Shown here: positions 18,926-29,666 of the stretch, piece by piece
Layout: each line of letters starts with the position of its first letter
Numbering within the stretch: position 1 is the stretch's first letter
Assembly: GCA_964555135.1 (NCBI GenBank)
Contig: CAZKRR010000001.1
Span: 1,147 to 65,146 of the forward strand
Direction of reading: 5' to 3'
DNA from: an uncultured Nitrososphaeria archaeon
GTDB taxonomy: Archaea; Thermoproteota; Nitrososphaeria_A; Caldarchaeales; Wolframiiraptoraceae
Length of the DNA: 64,000 nucleotides
Made by a program: the position numbers and the translations under genes
Notes under the pieces: model-generated
The model's database searches: none
What the model was told of the DNA's origin: nothing
Seen by the model: the letters and a program-made list of their open reading frames with translations, nothing else

Positions 18926-19882
18926 TCATCTTCTAGGTCTCCTCTTCAGCTTAGCTTCATCAAGTTTTCTAGTAGTAGAATCTATCTTTTTATGTCCTTT
19001 GGTAGACTTGAGATTTTTTCTTTCTGATTCAGGTTCAACATGTATCATCAAGTTTATATCTGGGAGTTCTTGTCTTATCTCTTCCTCTAGATGATCTGCA
19101 ATATCATGTGCTTCTTTTACAGTCATCTTATCGTCAACTACTAAATGTAGTTCTGAGAATATCATGTTCCCACTTCTACGAGTTTTAAGTTCATGATATT
19201 CTGAAAAGAGGAATCTATGACTTTCAAGTATCTCACGTATCTTCTTATCGGCTTCTCTAGATGCCGGATCCATTAGATAGTTTGACGATTTTATAATTAA
19301 GTCGAGCCCCATCTTCGCAATAAATGCAGCTATACTTATTGCAAGAAGCGAATCAATAAATATGTATCCTGTAAAATATATTATTGCGAGCCCTACCCAA
19401 ATAGCTATAGAAGATAAAACATCTGAGAAGAGGTGTTTAGCATCTCCTTCAAAAGCAGGCGAGTTTTTAATCTTCGACTCTTTTAAGAGTTTATATGCGA
19501 TCCCAGAATTTATTCCAGCAGCTACTACAGATACTATGATTGCGATATCAAGTAAATGCAATTCAACTGGATTGAAGAACCTACTGACAGCTGTATAGAT
19601 TAGAAATATCGAGACCATTACTATGAGTATCCCCTCAATTAATCTAGATATTTCTTCAATCTTCTGATGACCATATTGGTGGCTTTCATCGGGAGGTTTT
19701 CCAGAGACATATATTGAAAAAAGCATTATAGTAGAAGCCAAGATGTTTATTACAGATTCGAGAGCATCAGACAGTAAAGCAAGAGAATTTGAGATAAGAA
19801 ACGAGACAAACTTTATACTGAAGACTAGTAGCCCGCCTAAAACAGCAACTACACCGACTGTAATCTTTTTCACTCTTCTCAA
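18926..19882 (-). CDS. Cation diffusion facilitator (FieF-like) transporter
   Basis: SLALLSDALES, PPDESHQYGH, HLFSD; C-terminal EAH..IHVEP; six TM segments. Confidence 0.93.
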   Translation of the reverse strand: MRRVKKITVGVVAVLGGLLVFSIKFVSFLISNSLALLSDALESVINILASTIMLFSIYVSGKPPDESHQYGHQKIEEISRLIEGILIVMVSIFLIYTAVSRFFNPVELHLLDIAIIVSVVAAGINSGIAYKLLKESKIKNSPAFEGDAKHLFSDVLSSIAIWVGLAIIYFTGYIFIDSLLAISIAAFIAKMGLDLIIKSSNYLMDPASREADKKIREILESHRFLFSEYHELKTRRSGNMIFSELHLVVDDKMTVKEAHDIADHLEEEIRQELPDINLMIHVEPESERKNLKSTKGHKKIDSTTRKLDEAKLKRRPRR

Positions 19883-20044
19883 ATATCAAGGAAAAGAAAC
19901 CTTCTCTTAAGGATTTATAATATTAAACTGGATGTTATATTTTAAAGATGAATCTTGAGAAAAGTATTTGATACATTATCAAAATAAAGGTCTGAACAAA
20001 GGTCGTAGAATGGCCACAGCGTTAACTACTCAGTTTTAAGTATA

Positions 20045-21676
20045 TTGGGAAGATCAATAAGTATGAATGATAAAATTGTAAATAGAAGTAATATGCCTCA
20101 TGAGGAGAAGATCACATATGTATCAATGTTATTTGATGAAGAAACTCATGTTAAATACGAGAGAGCATTAAGAGAAGTCGAGACTAAATATCTTGGGAAA
20201 CATTATCCAATGTATATTGCAGGCAGGGAAGTATTCTCAGAGTATGGAGAATTTGAAGATAGAAGCCCGATAGATGTATCTATTGTAATCGGATATTTTC
20301 AGAAGGGAGCTAGAGAACATGTTAAAGAAGCAATCGATAGAGCATATGAGAGTTTTCCTAGATGGGATAGCCATAATTGGAGGGAAAGAGTTAAGATAAT
20401 GCAGAATGCATCCAAGCTAATTAATGAGAGAAAATATGAGATAGCCGCCATCATAACTTATGAAGTTGGTAAGAATAGGATAGAAGCTCTTGCAGAATGC
20501 TATGAGGCTACCGATGCCTTAAGATATTATGCAAGAGTTATGGAGGAGAATAATGGATATGAGAAAGAGCTTGGTCCCGGTAGTCCAGGAGAAAAATGTA
20601 GAATGATCTGTAAACCTTATGGTGTATGGGTTGTAGTTTCACCTTTTAATTTTCCATTCATGCTTGCTAACGGAATGATCCAGGGAGCACTATTAACTGG
20701 TAATACCGTTGTCTTTAAACCTACAAGTGAGGCACCCTTGACAGGACTATTACTATATAGACTCTTTATAGATGCTGGAGTACCAGTAGGTGTATTGAAT
20801 TATGTGACTGGACCCGGGGATGTTTTTGAAGAAGAGATAGTCACAAACGAGAAGGTTGCAGGGATCGCTTTTACTGGTTCCAGAGATGTGGGAATGCGGT
20901 TGTACAGAAGATTTACTTCTTCTCAACCCTACCCTAAACCGATAATATTAGAGATGGGTAGTAAGAATCCAGTAATAGTTACGAGCAAAGCAGATGTGGA
21001 GAAAGCTGTTCAAGGAGTCATTAGGGCAGCATTTGGGTATAGTGGGCAGAAATGTTCAGCTACGTCAAGAGTGTATGTTCAGAGAGATACTGCAGAGAAA
21101 TTCGTCAAGAGATTAATCAAAGAAACTAGGAAGATAAAAGTAGGAGATCCACGTAAACGTGATGTCTTCATGGGGCCTGTCATAAATAGGAGGGCTTTGG
21201 AGAGTTTCATCTATTATGTAGATATAGCTAAGAGGGATGGTGGAATCATACTTTATGGGGGTCAAGTGTTGAGAGATGGAGAGTTCGCTAAAGGATTCTA
21301 CGTTGAGCCAACGATAATAACTGGTTTAGATCGAGACCATGAATTATTCAGGAAAGAATTGTTTGTTCCTATATTGCTAGTAGATACGTTTGACAATCTC
21401 GAAGAAGCATTAAGAGAAGCAAATAAAACTGATTACGGTCTCACAGCTGGAATATTCTCTGAAGATCCCCAAGAGATAGAATACTTCTTGAAAAATATTG
21501 AATTCGGCGTTACCTACGTGAATAGAAGAGGTGGCGCAACAACTGGAGCATGGCCAGGCGCTCAAACCTTCGTTGGCTGGAAAGCAAGTGGAGCTACGGG
21601 TAAAGGAGTTGGTGGACCAAATTATCTGCTGAGTTTTATGAGAGAGCAGAGTATAACAATAGTTCAAGAAAGTTGA
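20045..21676 (+). CDS. Aldehyde dehydrogenase, 1-pyrroline-5-carboxylate dehydrogenase type
   Basis: SPFNFP, FTGS, LEMGSKN, FGYSGQKCSA, YGLT and RRGGATTGA motifs. Confidence 0.88.
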   Translation: MGRSISMNDKIVNRSNMPHEEKITYVSMLFDEETHVKYERALREVETKYLGKHYPMYIAGREVFSEYGEFEDRSPIDVSIVIGYFQKGAREHVKEAIDRAYESFPRWDSHNWRERVKIMQNASKLINERKYEIAAIITYEVGKNRIEALAECYEATDALRYYARVMEENNGYEKELGPGSPGEKCRMICKPYGVWVVVSPFNFPFMLANGMIQGALLTGNTVVFKPTSEAPLTGLLLYRLFIDAGVPVGVLNYVTGPGDVFEEEIVTNEKVAGIAFTGSRDVGMRLYRRFTSSQPYPKPIILEMGSKNPVIVTSKADVEKAVQGVIRAAFGYSGQKCSATSRVYVQRDTAEKFVKRLIKETRKIKVGDPRKRDVFMGPVINRRALESFIYYVDIAKRDGGIILYGGQVLRDGEFAKGFYVEPTIITGLDRDHELFRKELFVPILLVDTFDNLEEALREANKTDYGLTAGIFSEDPQEIEYFLKNIEFGVTYVNRRGGATTGAWPGAQTFVGWKASGATGKGVGGPNYLLSFMREQSITIVQES

Positions 21677-21763
21677 ATAACAGCTTAAGATAGGATTATA
21701 AAACGTGGTATGGTCAGAAATTATGTATAGTGATTGGCTTATCAGGGATAGCGGTCTTGGTGC

Positions 21764-22312
21764 ATGAATAGTCCTAGACGGATAATAAATTTATGGCTTG
21801 GAAATACAATCGAAGTTGCAGGTATTATCGTAGGCTTTATACTATTATATTCTTTAAATTTCTTAACTCACAGCCTACTTAGATTCTTAGTCCTAATTAT
21901 CTCATGGATGTGTTTCTGGTATTTCCCCCACTGTCTAGCCCACTTTATTGTGGGAAGGATTCTCGGGATAAGGTTTATGTACTACTTTGCAGGTAGGTCT
22001 AGTCTCATAAAAATGAGGTTACCTTTAGTTACATCTATACTAAGTGTTGTCCCAGCTTTGGGTATAAAGATTGATAAACACTCTACACTGAATATATCTA
22101 GAAATCGGATAGCTGTTATGTATGCCTCGGGAGTTTCAGCATCTATGTTATGTCCACTCATACCTTTCATATATTCATTAATCTATCTAGATTATATCAT
22201 TACATTATTCATTGGAGTTATAACCTTTGGGAACATAATCTTCACAATATACTTTAGCTTTAAGGTGGGAGACTTCTCCAAAGCAGTAAAAGCTTTACAT
22301 CAAACTAGATAA
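21764..22312 (+). CDS. Membrane protein, site-2-protease-like with HCxxH
   Basis: About four TM helices; PHCLAH; downstream YASG and GD motifs. Confidence 0.6.
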   Translation: MNSPRRIINLWLGNTIEVAGIIVGFILLYSLNFLTHSLLRFLVLIISWMCFWYFPHCLAHFIVGRILGIRFMYYFAGRSSLIKMRLPLVTSILSVVPALGIKIDKHSTLNISRNRIAVMYASGVSASMLCPLIPFIYSLIYLDYIITLFIGVITFGNIIFTIYFSFKVGDFSKAVKALHQTR

Positions 22313-22314
22313 TT

Positions 22315-23130
22315 TTATCGCTGCTTTAATACATGACTAAATACTAGGAACATAATTAGCGAGGTTGCCGTCCATGATATGAATGCTATCGGTCCCAGGC
22401 CTGCTAATTCTCTGGGCAGTGTTGTTGTTAATATCGTTAATCCCCATATAGCATTAATTGCTCCATGAAGAGATGCTTGAAGAACTCCTTGTAATAATAG
22501 AGTGAGGTATAGAGGCTGAAATCATGAAAAGTGTGAATAACAGTATCCCTATCAATCTATTTTCTGGATAATTATGTCCTAGAAGTATTATTGCGGGAGC
22601 ATGCCGTACACCCCATACTAGTCCGACCATTAGAGAAGCTTTAACAAAGCTCAAACCAAGAGATTCAAACCTCCGTTGTAGGAATCCTCTCCACCCTATC
22701 TCTTCACCTATAGCATACAATGCATTTATCGATATTGATGCAATATAAGCATTGATGAATGTAAGCAGTAGAGAGATCGGTACATTGATTGAAGTAGCTT
22801 GAATTGTCTCTTCAATATGATCAAATGTGAATACTCCTATAGAGCAGGTTATCATATGTAGAACAAAAATGCTAGAAATGTTATAAACGGAGCAACAAAA
22901 TATAAATAAATCACGCGTCTGCTAACTTTCAGTGAACTCTTTATTGGATTCAATCCACCAATGATGTATGTTGCCACCGTAGGAGTATACATCCTAAGGA
23001 CCCCCCAAGCCAGTACTGTTAAACTATCTAAAACTCTTAGATTTATATAGAAAAGATAATCAATAAAGAACGCTAGAATAATAGCACTCAAAGAGAAAAG
23101 AATTATATCTCTTAAGCTTGCTTTACGCAA
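22315..23130 (-). pseudogene. CPBP (CAAX protease-like) intramembrane metalloprotease, frameshifted
   Basis: Three pieces in different frames: MYTPT, then GEEIGWRG...WGVRHAP, then HGAINAIWG...; breaks near 22853 and 22470. Confidence 0.8.
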
Positions 23131-23294
23131 ATTATTTCACTGCTAACTTTCTTCCCCTACAATAAGAATATATGCTACCTAGAATAGGGTAAGATGCAAA
23201 CTGACAACTTATGCTGTGCCTTTATTAGACTTGGTTAAAAATATTCTTTTTAACTACCTATTAACTGAAGTTTAGTAGAGTAAGGTGGGAGACA

Positions 23295-23495
23295 ATGGAG
23301 ATCGAGTGGGCTAAGCTAATACCTAAGCCTAGATCGTCTTTTCTACTAGTCCAATGCAATGAATGTGGCCATAGGCAGGTAGTCTTCGACCATGCAAAAA
23401 CTGAAGTTCCATGCCAAGTATGTGGATCAATACTTACGAAACCAACAGGTGGTAAAGCACAGATCCTAGGAAAGGTGCTTGAACGTTATGGCTGA
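23295..23495 (+). CDS. rps27e: 30S ribosomal protein S27e
   Basis: IPKPRSSFLLVQCNEC...CQVCG..L..PTGGKA. Confidence 0.97.
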   Translation: MEIEWAKLIPKPRSSFLLVQCNECGHRQVVFDHAKTEVPCQVCGSILTKPTGGKAQILGKVLERYG

Positions 23496-24279
23496 ATTTA
23501 TTGAGAAAGAATCACCTTCATCAGGAGAAGTAGTTGTAGGAGTAGTAAAAGAGATAGAGAGATTTGGAGCATACATAGAGTTGATAGATTATCCAGGATG
23601 GGAAGGATTCGTCCATATTTCTGAGATCTCTCTTAAATGGGTAAGGAACATAAGAGACTATTTGAGAGAAGGTCAAAAAGAAGTCTTTAAAATACTGAGA
23701 ACAAACCCTCACTTACGTCAAGTTGATCTTTCATTAAGAAGAGTTGAGAAGACTGAGAGAGACCAGAAGATACTGGAATTGAAGAGAAAACAAAAAGTCC
23801 AACGTGTTTTAAATCTTTTATCTGAAAAAACAGGTATCAGTAAAGATGAAATAAAGAAGATGATCATCGAGCCTACTCAACAAAGAGGGTTAGAACTCTA
23901 TGATGTATTATTAGAAATAATTGAGAATGAGTCTATGCCTGAATGGCTTAAGCTTGAAGATAGTCTCTTCAATAAGTTGGTGGAGTTGGTAAAACAGGAG
24001 ATTAAAATGAAGAAAGTATCTTTAAAGAAGGACCTAATACTAACATGTAAAAGGGGGGATGGAGTTGAATATATTCGTGAAGCTATTGAAGAAGGCTTAA
24101 AAATGGCTCGAAAAGGCGAGACTGTAAACATAACAACTAAGGGCTCCCCTAGATACCTACTGAGAGTTGAAGCAGATACTGAAGAAAGAGTAAGACAACT
24201 ACTTCGAGAAGTAGCAGACAAATGTATTAGCGTTATCAAGGAATTCGGTGGAGAAGGAGAATTGGTGGAAGAATCTTGA
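23488..24279 (+). CDS. eif2a: Translation initiation factor 2 alpha subunit
   Basis: S1 domain with GFVHISEIS..WVRNIRD, VDLSLRRV and GSPRY; conserved position after rps27e. Confidence 0.95.
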   Translation: MAEFIEKESPSSGEVVVGVVKEIERFGAYIELIDYPGWEGFVHISEISLKWVRNIRDYLREGQKEVFKILRTNPHLRQVDLSLRRVEKTERDQKILELKRKQKVQRVLNLLSEKTGISKDEIKKMIIEPTQQRGLELYDVLLEIIENESMPEWLKLEDSLFNKLVELVKQEIKMKKVSLKKDLILTCKRGDGVEYIREAIEEGLKMARKGETVNITTKGSPRYLLRVEADTEERVRQLLREVADKCISVIKEFGGEGELVEES

Positions 24280-24446
24280 AGTCACTCTTAAACAAGTGTC
24301 TAAAATGTGGAAGATACACTCTGAGGAAAGATTTCTGCCCCCATTGTGGTGGAAAAGTAGCTTCAGCTCACTCCATTAATATATCATTGGAAAGTAGGCA
24401 TCTTGAGCTTATTCTCGTAGCTAGAAGAAAGAGATTTAATAAGTGA
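24276..24446 (+). CDS. nop10: H/ACA RNP protein Nop10 (56 aa, missing from the ORF track)
   Basis: TTG overlaps the eif2a stop; MKSLLNKCLKCGRYTLRKDFCPHCGGKVASAH...; conserved synteny. Confidence 0.9.
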   Translation: MKSLLNKCLKCGRYTLRKDFCPHCGGKVASAHSINISLESRHLELILVARRKRFNK

Positions 24447-24449
24447 AGA

Positions 24450-24559
24450 GTCAAAACGTAACTATTTACAATCTTTCCTGCAAGGTTTTCTACAAGTTCT
24501 TCAACCTCATCCCATGAAACTTTAAGATACTTTGATTCTCCAACCCTATAAATATCCAT
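24450..24559 (-). pseudogene. Truncated purine phosphoribosyltransferase N-terminus
   Basis: KYLKVSWDEVEELVENLAGKIVNSY resembles archaeal PRTase N-termini, then runs antisense into nop10. Confidence 0.55.
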
Positions 24560-24666
24560 ACAAATAATACACTAGACTAAAATAAATAAAATCTATGGAG
24601 GGACCGGCTTAGTAGCCTCAGACACCAAAAAATGCTTACCAGTCCTCGATTCAAACCTTTTGGGGC

Positions 24667-25356
24667 TCACCAAGAACTAAATATAGTAACATATGATGTG
24701 GGCTTGTCGTATACTAGCATTCCAGCTAATCCTGTTAACCCATTAATACCATCTCTATCCAATCCTAGACTATCAACTATATAAATAAACCTTGGAATGA
24801 TATTGACGACTTTATCAACGATCTCCCTCCTAGAACACTCAACCATCTTTTCCAACACCCTTATATTGCCTCCAATATTAGCATTAGATGCTAGTTTGCC
24901 GAACTCTCTGAAGATTTCTGTATAGTACCTCTTCTATCATGAACAGTGGCCCCATCTCGACATCAACAACCGTTAAAGGCTAAAAGTACCTATGAGTGTT
25001 ACTCTTGGTTAGTGATAGCTCATAGACTTTCCATAAAAGACATGCATCTTCTTTATCATCTTTTGATACCCTGCCTACTTCGGTTTTTCTCTGAATATTT
25101 CTTTCTTAATCTCTTTCCACTTCCATGGACGGGTGAAATAGTAGGCTCTCCTACCATTACTGATTACTTCTTTAAGCTGTTGCTACATATTTGGAAATAT
25201 TGATGAGTCAAGATATATCTCATCGTAGCCTTTGAGTTCTGTGAGGCTATTGACTTCAAAGAAAACATCCTCCTCTAGATCATAGCATACATGCTTCTTT
25301 GAGTCTCTATGCTTCTTAGGACTCCATCTAGTATTAACAAAGACCCCTCCAATCAT
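24667..25356 (-). mobile_element. IS110-family transposase pseudogene
   Basis: Reconstructed across stops and frameshifts: ...EIYLD...AYYFTRP...SKDDKEDACLL...RYF*PLTVVDVEMGPL...GLAGML; KxDxxDA is the IS110 DEDD-domain motif. Confidence 0.6.
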
Positions 25357-26002
25357 CTATAGCATCCCATTCTACTTCTCCACTACATTCATTGCAGAAT
25401 TTTGCTAGGTCTCTAGCTAGCTGCGTGAAGCTCTCCTCATATTAGCATCCCTTAGATGTCCGAAAGTTACAACATCTACTGCATCACTATCTACATCAAT
25501 CAATACTAAGACTTCTCCAAACATGATATAGGTATACATCTACGTAGATATATTCGTTACACCGATACCTGAAAATGAAGCATACCAACTATTAGATAGA
25601 CTAGTATCGGCGTTGAAGAACCCTTGAGCATAACCATAGTTTAATATGTTTTTATGAAGATTGTAGTCAGACACGTCTAGATGAATATCCTGGGAGAGCT
25701 TGTAGACGAGGTTAAGGAAGAATCTGTAAAGATGTCTGATGTAAAATCTTCAAAGTCCTCCTAGATGCAATTACCGTATCTTGAAGGGTGTGAAGAAGCA
25801 TATTCTTCATCTTGACTTGGAGCAAAGAACTAGAACGCTCTACAATAATATAAGTACATGGAAGATTAAATCGGTAGAAGACCATATATCAATATATACC
25901 GACTAAGTAGCAATTAAAAAGTTAATTCGCAATAATAAAAACTCATGAAGGACCATGCCTTGTTTACGGGATATTTAATAGTAGGGATAAATCTTTAGTA
26001 GG

Positions 26003-26812
26003 ATGAGAAGGATGGTTGGGCAGACTAATAGATGGAAGTTTAAAGAGCTTGAAGATGCAAAGATAATTTTAAATGATGAAGGAGAGAAAGCAGATCTGAG
26101 AGGGTCAAGCCTCCTTGAATCATCTCCTAGCCCAGGTGCAGCAGGATACATAGCTTTAACACATTTAATCGAATTTCTCCATCCAGTTAAGATAGGCGAG
26201 ATAAAGTCCCCACACTTCCCTCAAGTGAGTATAGTTAATGATGAGGGATTAGCGAGTCAACCAAAAATAGAATTATACTTCTATGATAAAGATGTTAAGC
26301 TTGTTATAATGTTGAGGAACTTCCCAATAGAGAGTAGTGAAGGGAGCTATCTAGTTGCAAAGAAACTTTATGAATTCTTTAAAGCTAGAGGTATTAAAGC
26401 ATACTATCTACTATCAAGCTCGAGAATCTTCGGTGAATCCAACGTATATATTGCCTCAACAAGCATGGGTAGCGCTAAAAGCCTAGTCGAGGCAGGAGCT
26501 AAACTCTCCCCAAACCTAGACACATTGCCAATAGATAGGTTTGGAGCATATATGCTTTCATTCTTTGCAAGGAGCGGTGACCTGACATTCCTCCTAGTAT
26601 CTGAAGTCTACTCATATCTGCCCGACCCAGCTGCTGCAAAACGTTTACTAGAAGTGATGTCTAAAGCATTAAAGTTTAAGATCGATATGGAGAAGCTGGA
26701 TATAGAGATTCAGAAGCAGAAGAAGCTTATTGAAGAATTCCAGAAAGGATTTGGACAGATACTCCCAGAAAAAGCAGAACAGCCTAGTAGAGAACCATAC
26801 TACATAGGATAA
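26003..26812 (+). CDS. PAC2-family proteasome assembly chaperone
   Basis: PGAAGYIA..HLI, SPHFPQV, PDPAAAKRLL and C-terminal YIG (HbYX-like). Confidence 0.85.
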   Translation: MRRMVGQTNRWKFKELEDAKIILNDEGEKADLRGSSLLESSPSPGAAGYIALTHLIEFLHPVKIGEIKSPHFPQVSIVNDEGLASQPKIELYFYDKDVKLVIMLRNFPIESSEGSYLVAKKLYEFFKARGIKAYYLLSSSRIFGESNVYIASTSMGSAKSLVEAGAKLSPNLDTLPIDRFGAYMLSFFARSGDLTFLLVSEVYSYLPDPAAAKRLLEVMSKALKFKIDMEKLDIEIQKQKKLIEEFQKGFGQILPEKAEQPSREPYYIG

Positions 26813-26843
26813 TATTCATCCATTTTCTCTCCTTTAAAACACG

Positions 26844-28928
26844 TCAATCTATTATTTCATATATGTAGACGTATGCATAGCTAGAATATGGCTCGGATGA
26901 TTGATAGACTAATCTAAAGTGATTCAGGGTTGAGGGTTGATAAACATGTCCTGTAACACCAGTAGAGATTTGTTGTGGTTTGTATGGTATTAGCTTGCCT
27001 AGTAGCGTATCCTGCCAGAATTTCTCGGTCGGTCTTCCATTCTCATCTAAGTATTCAGATTCTGTAAAATTGTATCCAACTTGTTTCGCAATCCTAAGCA
27101 TCCAGATCCATTTAGCTTCATCTCCATACCCGAGTAACATTGGGGCATTCCCACTAGCTGTAGTATAGACTGTATGTGTTATGAAGATTAAGACATGGGT
27201 AGCTTTGAGCTTCTTGAATACAGTGTAAGCTGTTTCTTCATCAGACATAAATGCATAAGCTACTTCACCTATCTGAGTAGTGTTCAATGTTGCATTATCA
27301 ACTATACTAGTATGGTTTCCTAATACAGTTATCCAGTATCCATAATCCCACCATGAGGCAACTACAGCATTGGGTGGAAGATTATCCCTCATCCAGCTGA
27401 GAGTTTTAAGCCAGTCTGGAACACTTGACCTAATCGGCATGCTAGAAGATACAACAGTTGGCGGACTGTATCCAACATCTATAGGAGATATTGAGTATCT
27501 AATACCATAAGTAGATGGAACGAGACTGAATATTAGTAAGCCGCAAATAAGGGCTGGTGTTACAATATAATATTCTACACCTATCGGTCTTACTCTTTCT
27601 TTTCTGTGATAAGTTATACTAATATTTCTTGCAAGTCCTCTCAAGATTTCTGATAAACCAAACCCTGCAATAATGGTTATCGCAGGAGCAGCAAGGATAG
27701 TTAGTCTCACCATTGTAGAAGCAAAATAAACAACGAGTACAGTTAACAGTATCATGAATACGTCAGTATCTTCTCTCCTCTTAACTAGATAATATAGCCC
27801 AGCTGGAACTAAGAATAATTTAAACCCAGCATCAGAGAATAGCGTTGCCCAAGTAGATACTTGGTTTTCAGCAACAGATATTACTATTGGGAGTACAGAT
27901 CTTAAGGATGGAACAACAGTGCTGAGGAATTTTAATCCAGGGAGTCCAAGGCTGCCAATCGAGAGTAATGAAATAAATCCAACTACACTTGTAATTAATA
28001 CATAATGTGGAAGATTAATAAATCTCCGAGGCTTAATTCTGGATAACTCAAAAGATAATAGATAGATGAAGACAAAGATGGAGATAACCATTGTCGCTTC
28101 TTTTAGAAAACCTATGCCGAGCTTTGGAACCATTACAGCTATTAATCCATATAGGAGAGCAGTAATAGAGTACGCAACTAAAAGTTTTCTTCTGTATCTA
28201 CCCATGAAAGCCAGTACTGCAGTAAATATGGGTATGAAGGCTATTGGAAATCTAGAAGCTCCCCACGTTGCTGTGACATACCCTAGTGAGAACCCAGCTA
28301 CTATCGAGTATATTGTTAGAGTCTTCCATGTCCTATCTTTCTTGGTCGCTAGAATATATGATAGGAATCCAAGCATCATAAACGGTATACTTACACTCTC
28401 ATCATCAAACCATCCAAGATGCGTTCTCTGAATACTTGCAGTACTCAAAGCTATTAAGAATGCGGTTATGAAGCCTGCAGGCTTTCCTCCAACTTCTCTA
28501 CCGAGAAAGAATGCGATTAATGTTGTAATAACGCCCATTATAGTAGGCAAGAAGACAGCTAACTCGAGTGGGTCAATGTTAAACCCTATACCATGTAGTA
28601 GATGGTATATGAATGCGGCTAGGAATGGCACTCCTGGAAAAGCTGTTCGCCCAACATCTCTACCATAAGGATACCATGAATCGTAATCATGCCACGTAAA
28701 GAAATCCATGAAGCCTGACCAACCTTTATCAACAATATACTTCATCTCCTTATACTGCATCCATGGATCGAACTCGCTTAGGTAGAGCCCCCATCTTAGA
28801 GGTAGGAGTCTAATAAAGAATGCTATAGTAAGTATTAGAAGCAAGATCATGATTTCAAAGAAGATTATCCTATCAGAGAAGACTCCTCTGACAAGGTTTA
28901 CGAATTTACTTTTCTTTATCCTCTCCAT
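26844..28928 (-). CDS. aglB: Oligosaccharyltransferase AglB (STT3)
   Basis: EFDPW, WFDDE, SVAEN, WWDYG, DNAT and DEAK motifs; multi-TM N-terminal half. Confidence 0.96.
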   Translation of the reverse strand: MERIKKSKFVNLVRGVFSDRIIFFEIMILLLILTIAFFIRLLPLRWGLYLSEFDPWMQYKEMKYIVDKGWSGFMDFFTWHDYDSWYPYGRDVGRTAFPGVPFLAAFIYHLLHGIGFNIDPLELAVFLPTIMGVITTLIAFFLGREVGGKPAGFITAFLIALSTASIQRTHLGWFDDESVSIPFMMLGFLSYILATKKDRTWKTLTIYSIVAGFSLGYVTATWGASRFPIAFIPIFTAVLAFMGRYRRKLLVAYSITALLYGLIAVMVPKLGIGFLKEATMVISIFVFIYLLSFELSRIKPRRFINLPHYVLITSVVGFISLLSIGSLGLPGLKFLSTVVPSLRSVLPIVISVAENQVSTWATLFSDAGFKLFLVPAGLYYLVKRREDTDVFMILLTVLVVYFASTMVRLTILAAPAITIIAGFGLSEILRGLARNISITYHRKERVRPIGVEYYIVTPALICGLLIFSLVPSTYGIRYSISPIDVGYSPPTVVSSSMPIRSSVPDWLKTLSWMRDNLPPNAVVASWWDYGYWITVLGNHTSIVDNATLNTTQIGEVAYAFMSDEETAYTVFKKLKATHVLIFITHTVYTTASGNAPMLLGYGDEAKWIWMLRIAKQVGYNFTESEYLDENGRPTEKFWQDTLLGKLIPYKPQQISTGVTGHVYQPSTLNHFRLVYQSSEPYSSYAYVYIYEIID

Positions 28929-29231
28929 TCTAGAACGATCTTATTGATGATCTATTTAAAATTTCTTATACCTTGACAACTGAAGGATTTATCTAGCACT
29001 TATCCTCCATACATGCTAAGTGATCAGACTTAAGGATCTGGGAAGATGATGAAAGATTAACCATTCGATAAACAAACTTTCAAAATTTCTCAAAAAACAG
29101 TTTTGAGACCGTCTAGTAAAAGCATCAATCTAATTTCCAGAGTTATTCATCTCGTTATCTCTTGATGGCTCTGCCTTGTAGGTAAAGTGTCAAGAGAGCT
29201 AGACAGAATAATAAAGCTAAGAAAATATATG

Positions 29232-29666
29232 TCAACTCCACTCTTTTTCCACCTGCCTAGTTTCTGGTTTACGCAGTCTTATAAGAATTATCAGTAAAAT
29301 AATAAATGTAGCAGCTATTAATGCTAGCATGATGGAGTATGTTTCAAATGGAAGATACTCATGTATAGTGATTGTAATTATTTCAGTAAATGTTGATGAC
29401 GTTGTCTTTACGATTGTTATGCTTTGAGTTCGAAGGATTGTAGAAAACTCAATAGTAGTCTGAGTTACGGTAACGTATTCTCTAACAGTCTTGGTAGATG
29501 TCTCAGTAACCGGTTCACCAGTGTATATGTAGACTGTCTCAGTAATAGTCTCTTCTAGGCTGTTCTTATTAATCTTTTGCGTAGAGTTAGCTGTCGCTCC
29601 CATAATCAAGAAGAATAACAATAGGTAGAGAATAATTGTGGATGCTTTAACTTTCAATATCTTCAT
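29232..29666 (-). CDS. Small Thr-rich membrane-anchored secreted protein
   Basis: Signal peptide, T-x-T-rich stalk, C-terminal TM and basic tail. Confidence 0.75.
   Translation of the reverse strand: MKILKVKASTIILYLLLFFLIMGATANSTQKINKNSLEETITETVYIYTGEPVTETSTKTVREYVTVTQTTIEFSTILRTQSITIVKTTSSTFTEIITITIHEYLPFETYSIMLALIAATFIILLIILIRLRKPETRQVEKEWS

Noticed and set aside
22315..23130. Programmed frameshift or split gene in the CPBP protease
   Set aside because: Two separate breaks plus a W-to-R motif change fit ordinary decay better
24944..24958. Partial match to the tRNA-Pro 3' end (possible att site)
   Set aside because: Only 13/15 identity and located inside the transposase remnant; likely chance
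28944..29110. TGATGA boxes and a CTGA suggesting C/D box sRNAs; hairpin TCTCAAAA..TTTTGAGA
   Set aside because: No complete C-D'-C'-D arrangement with plausible spacing
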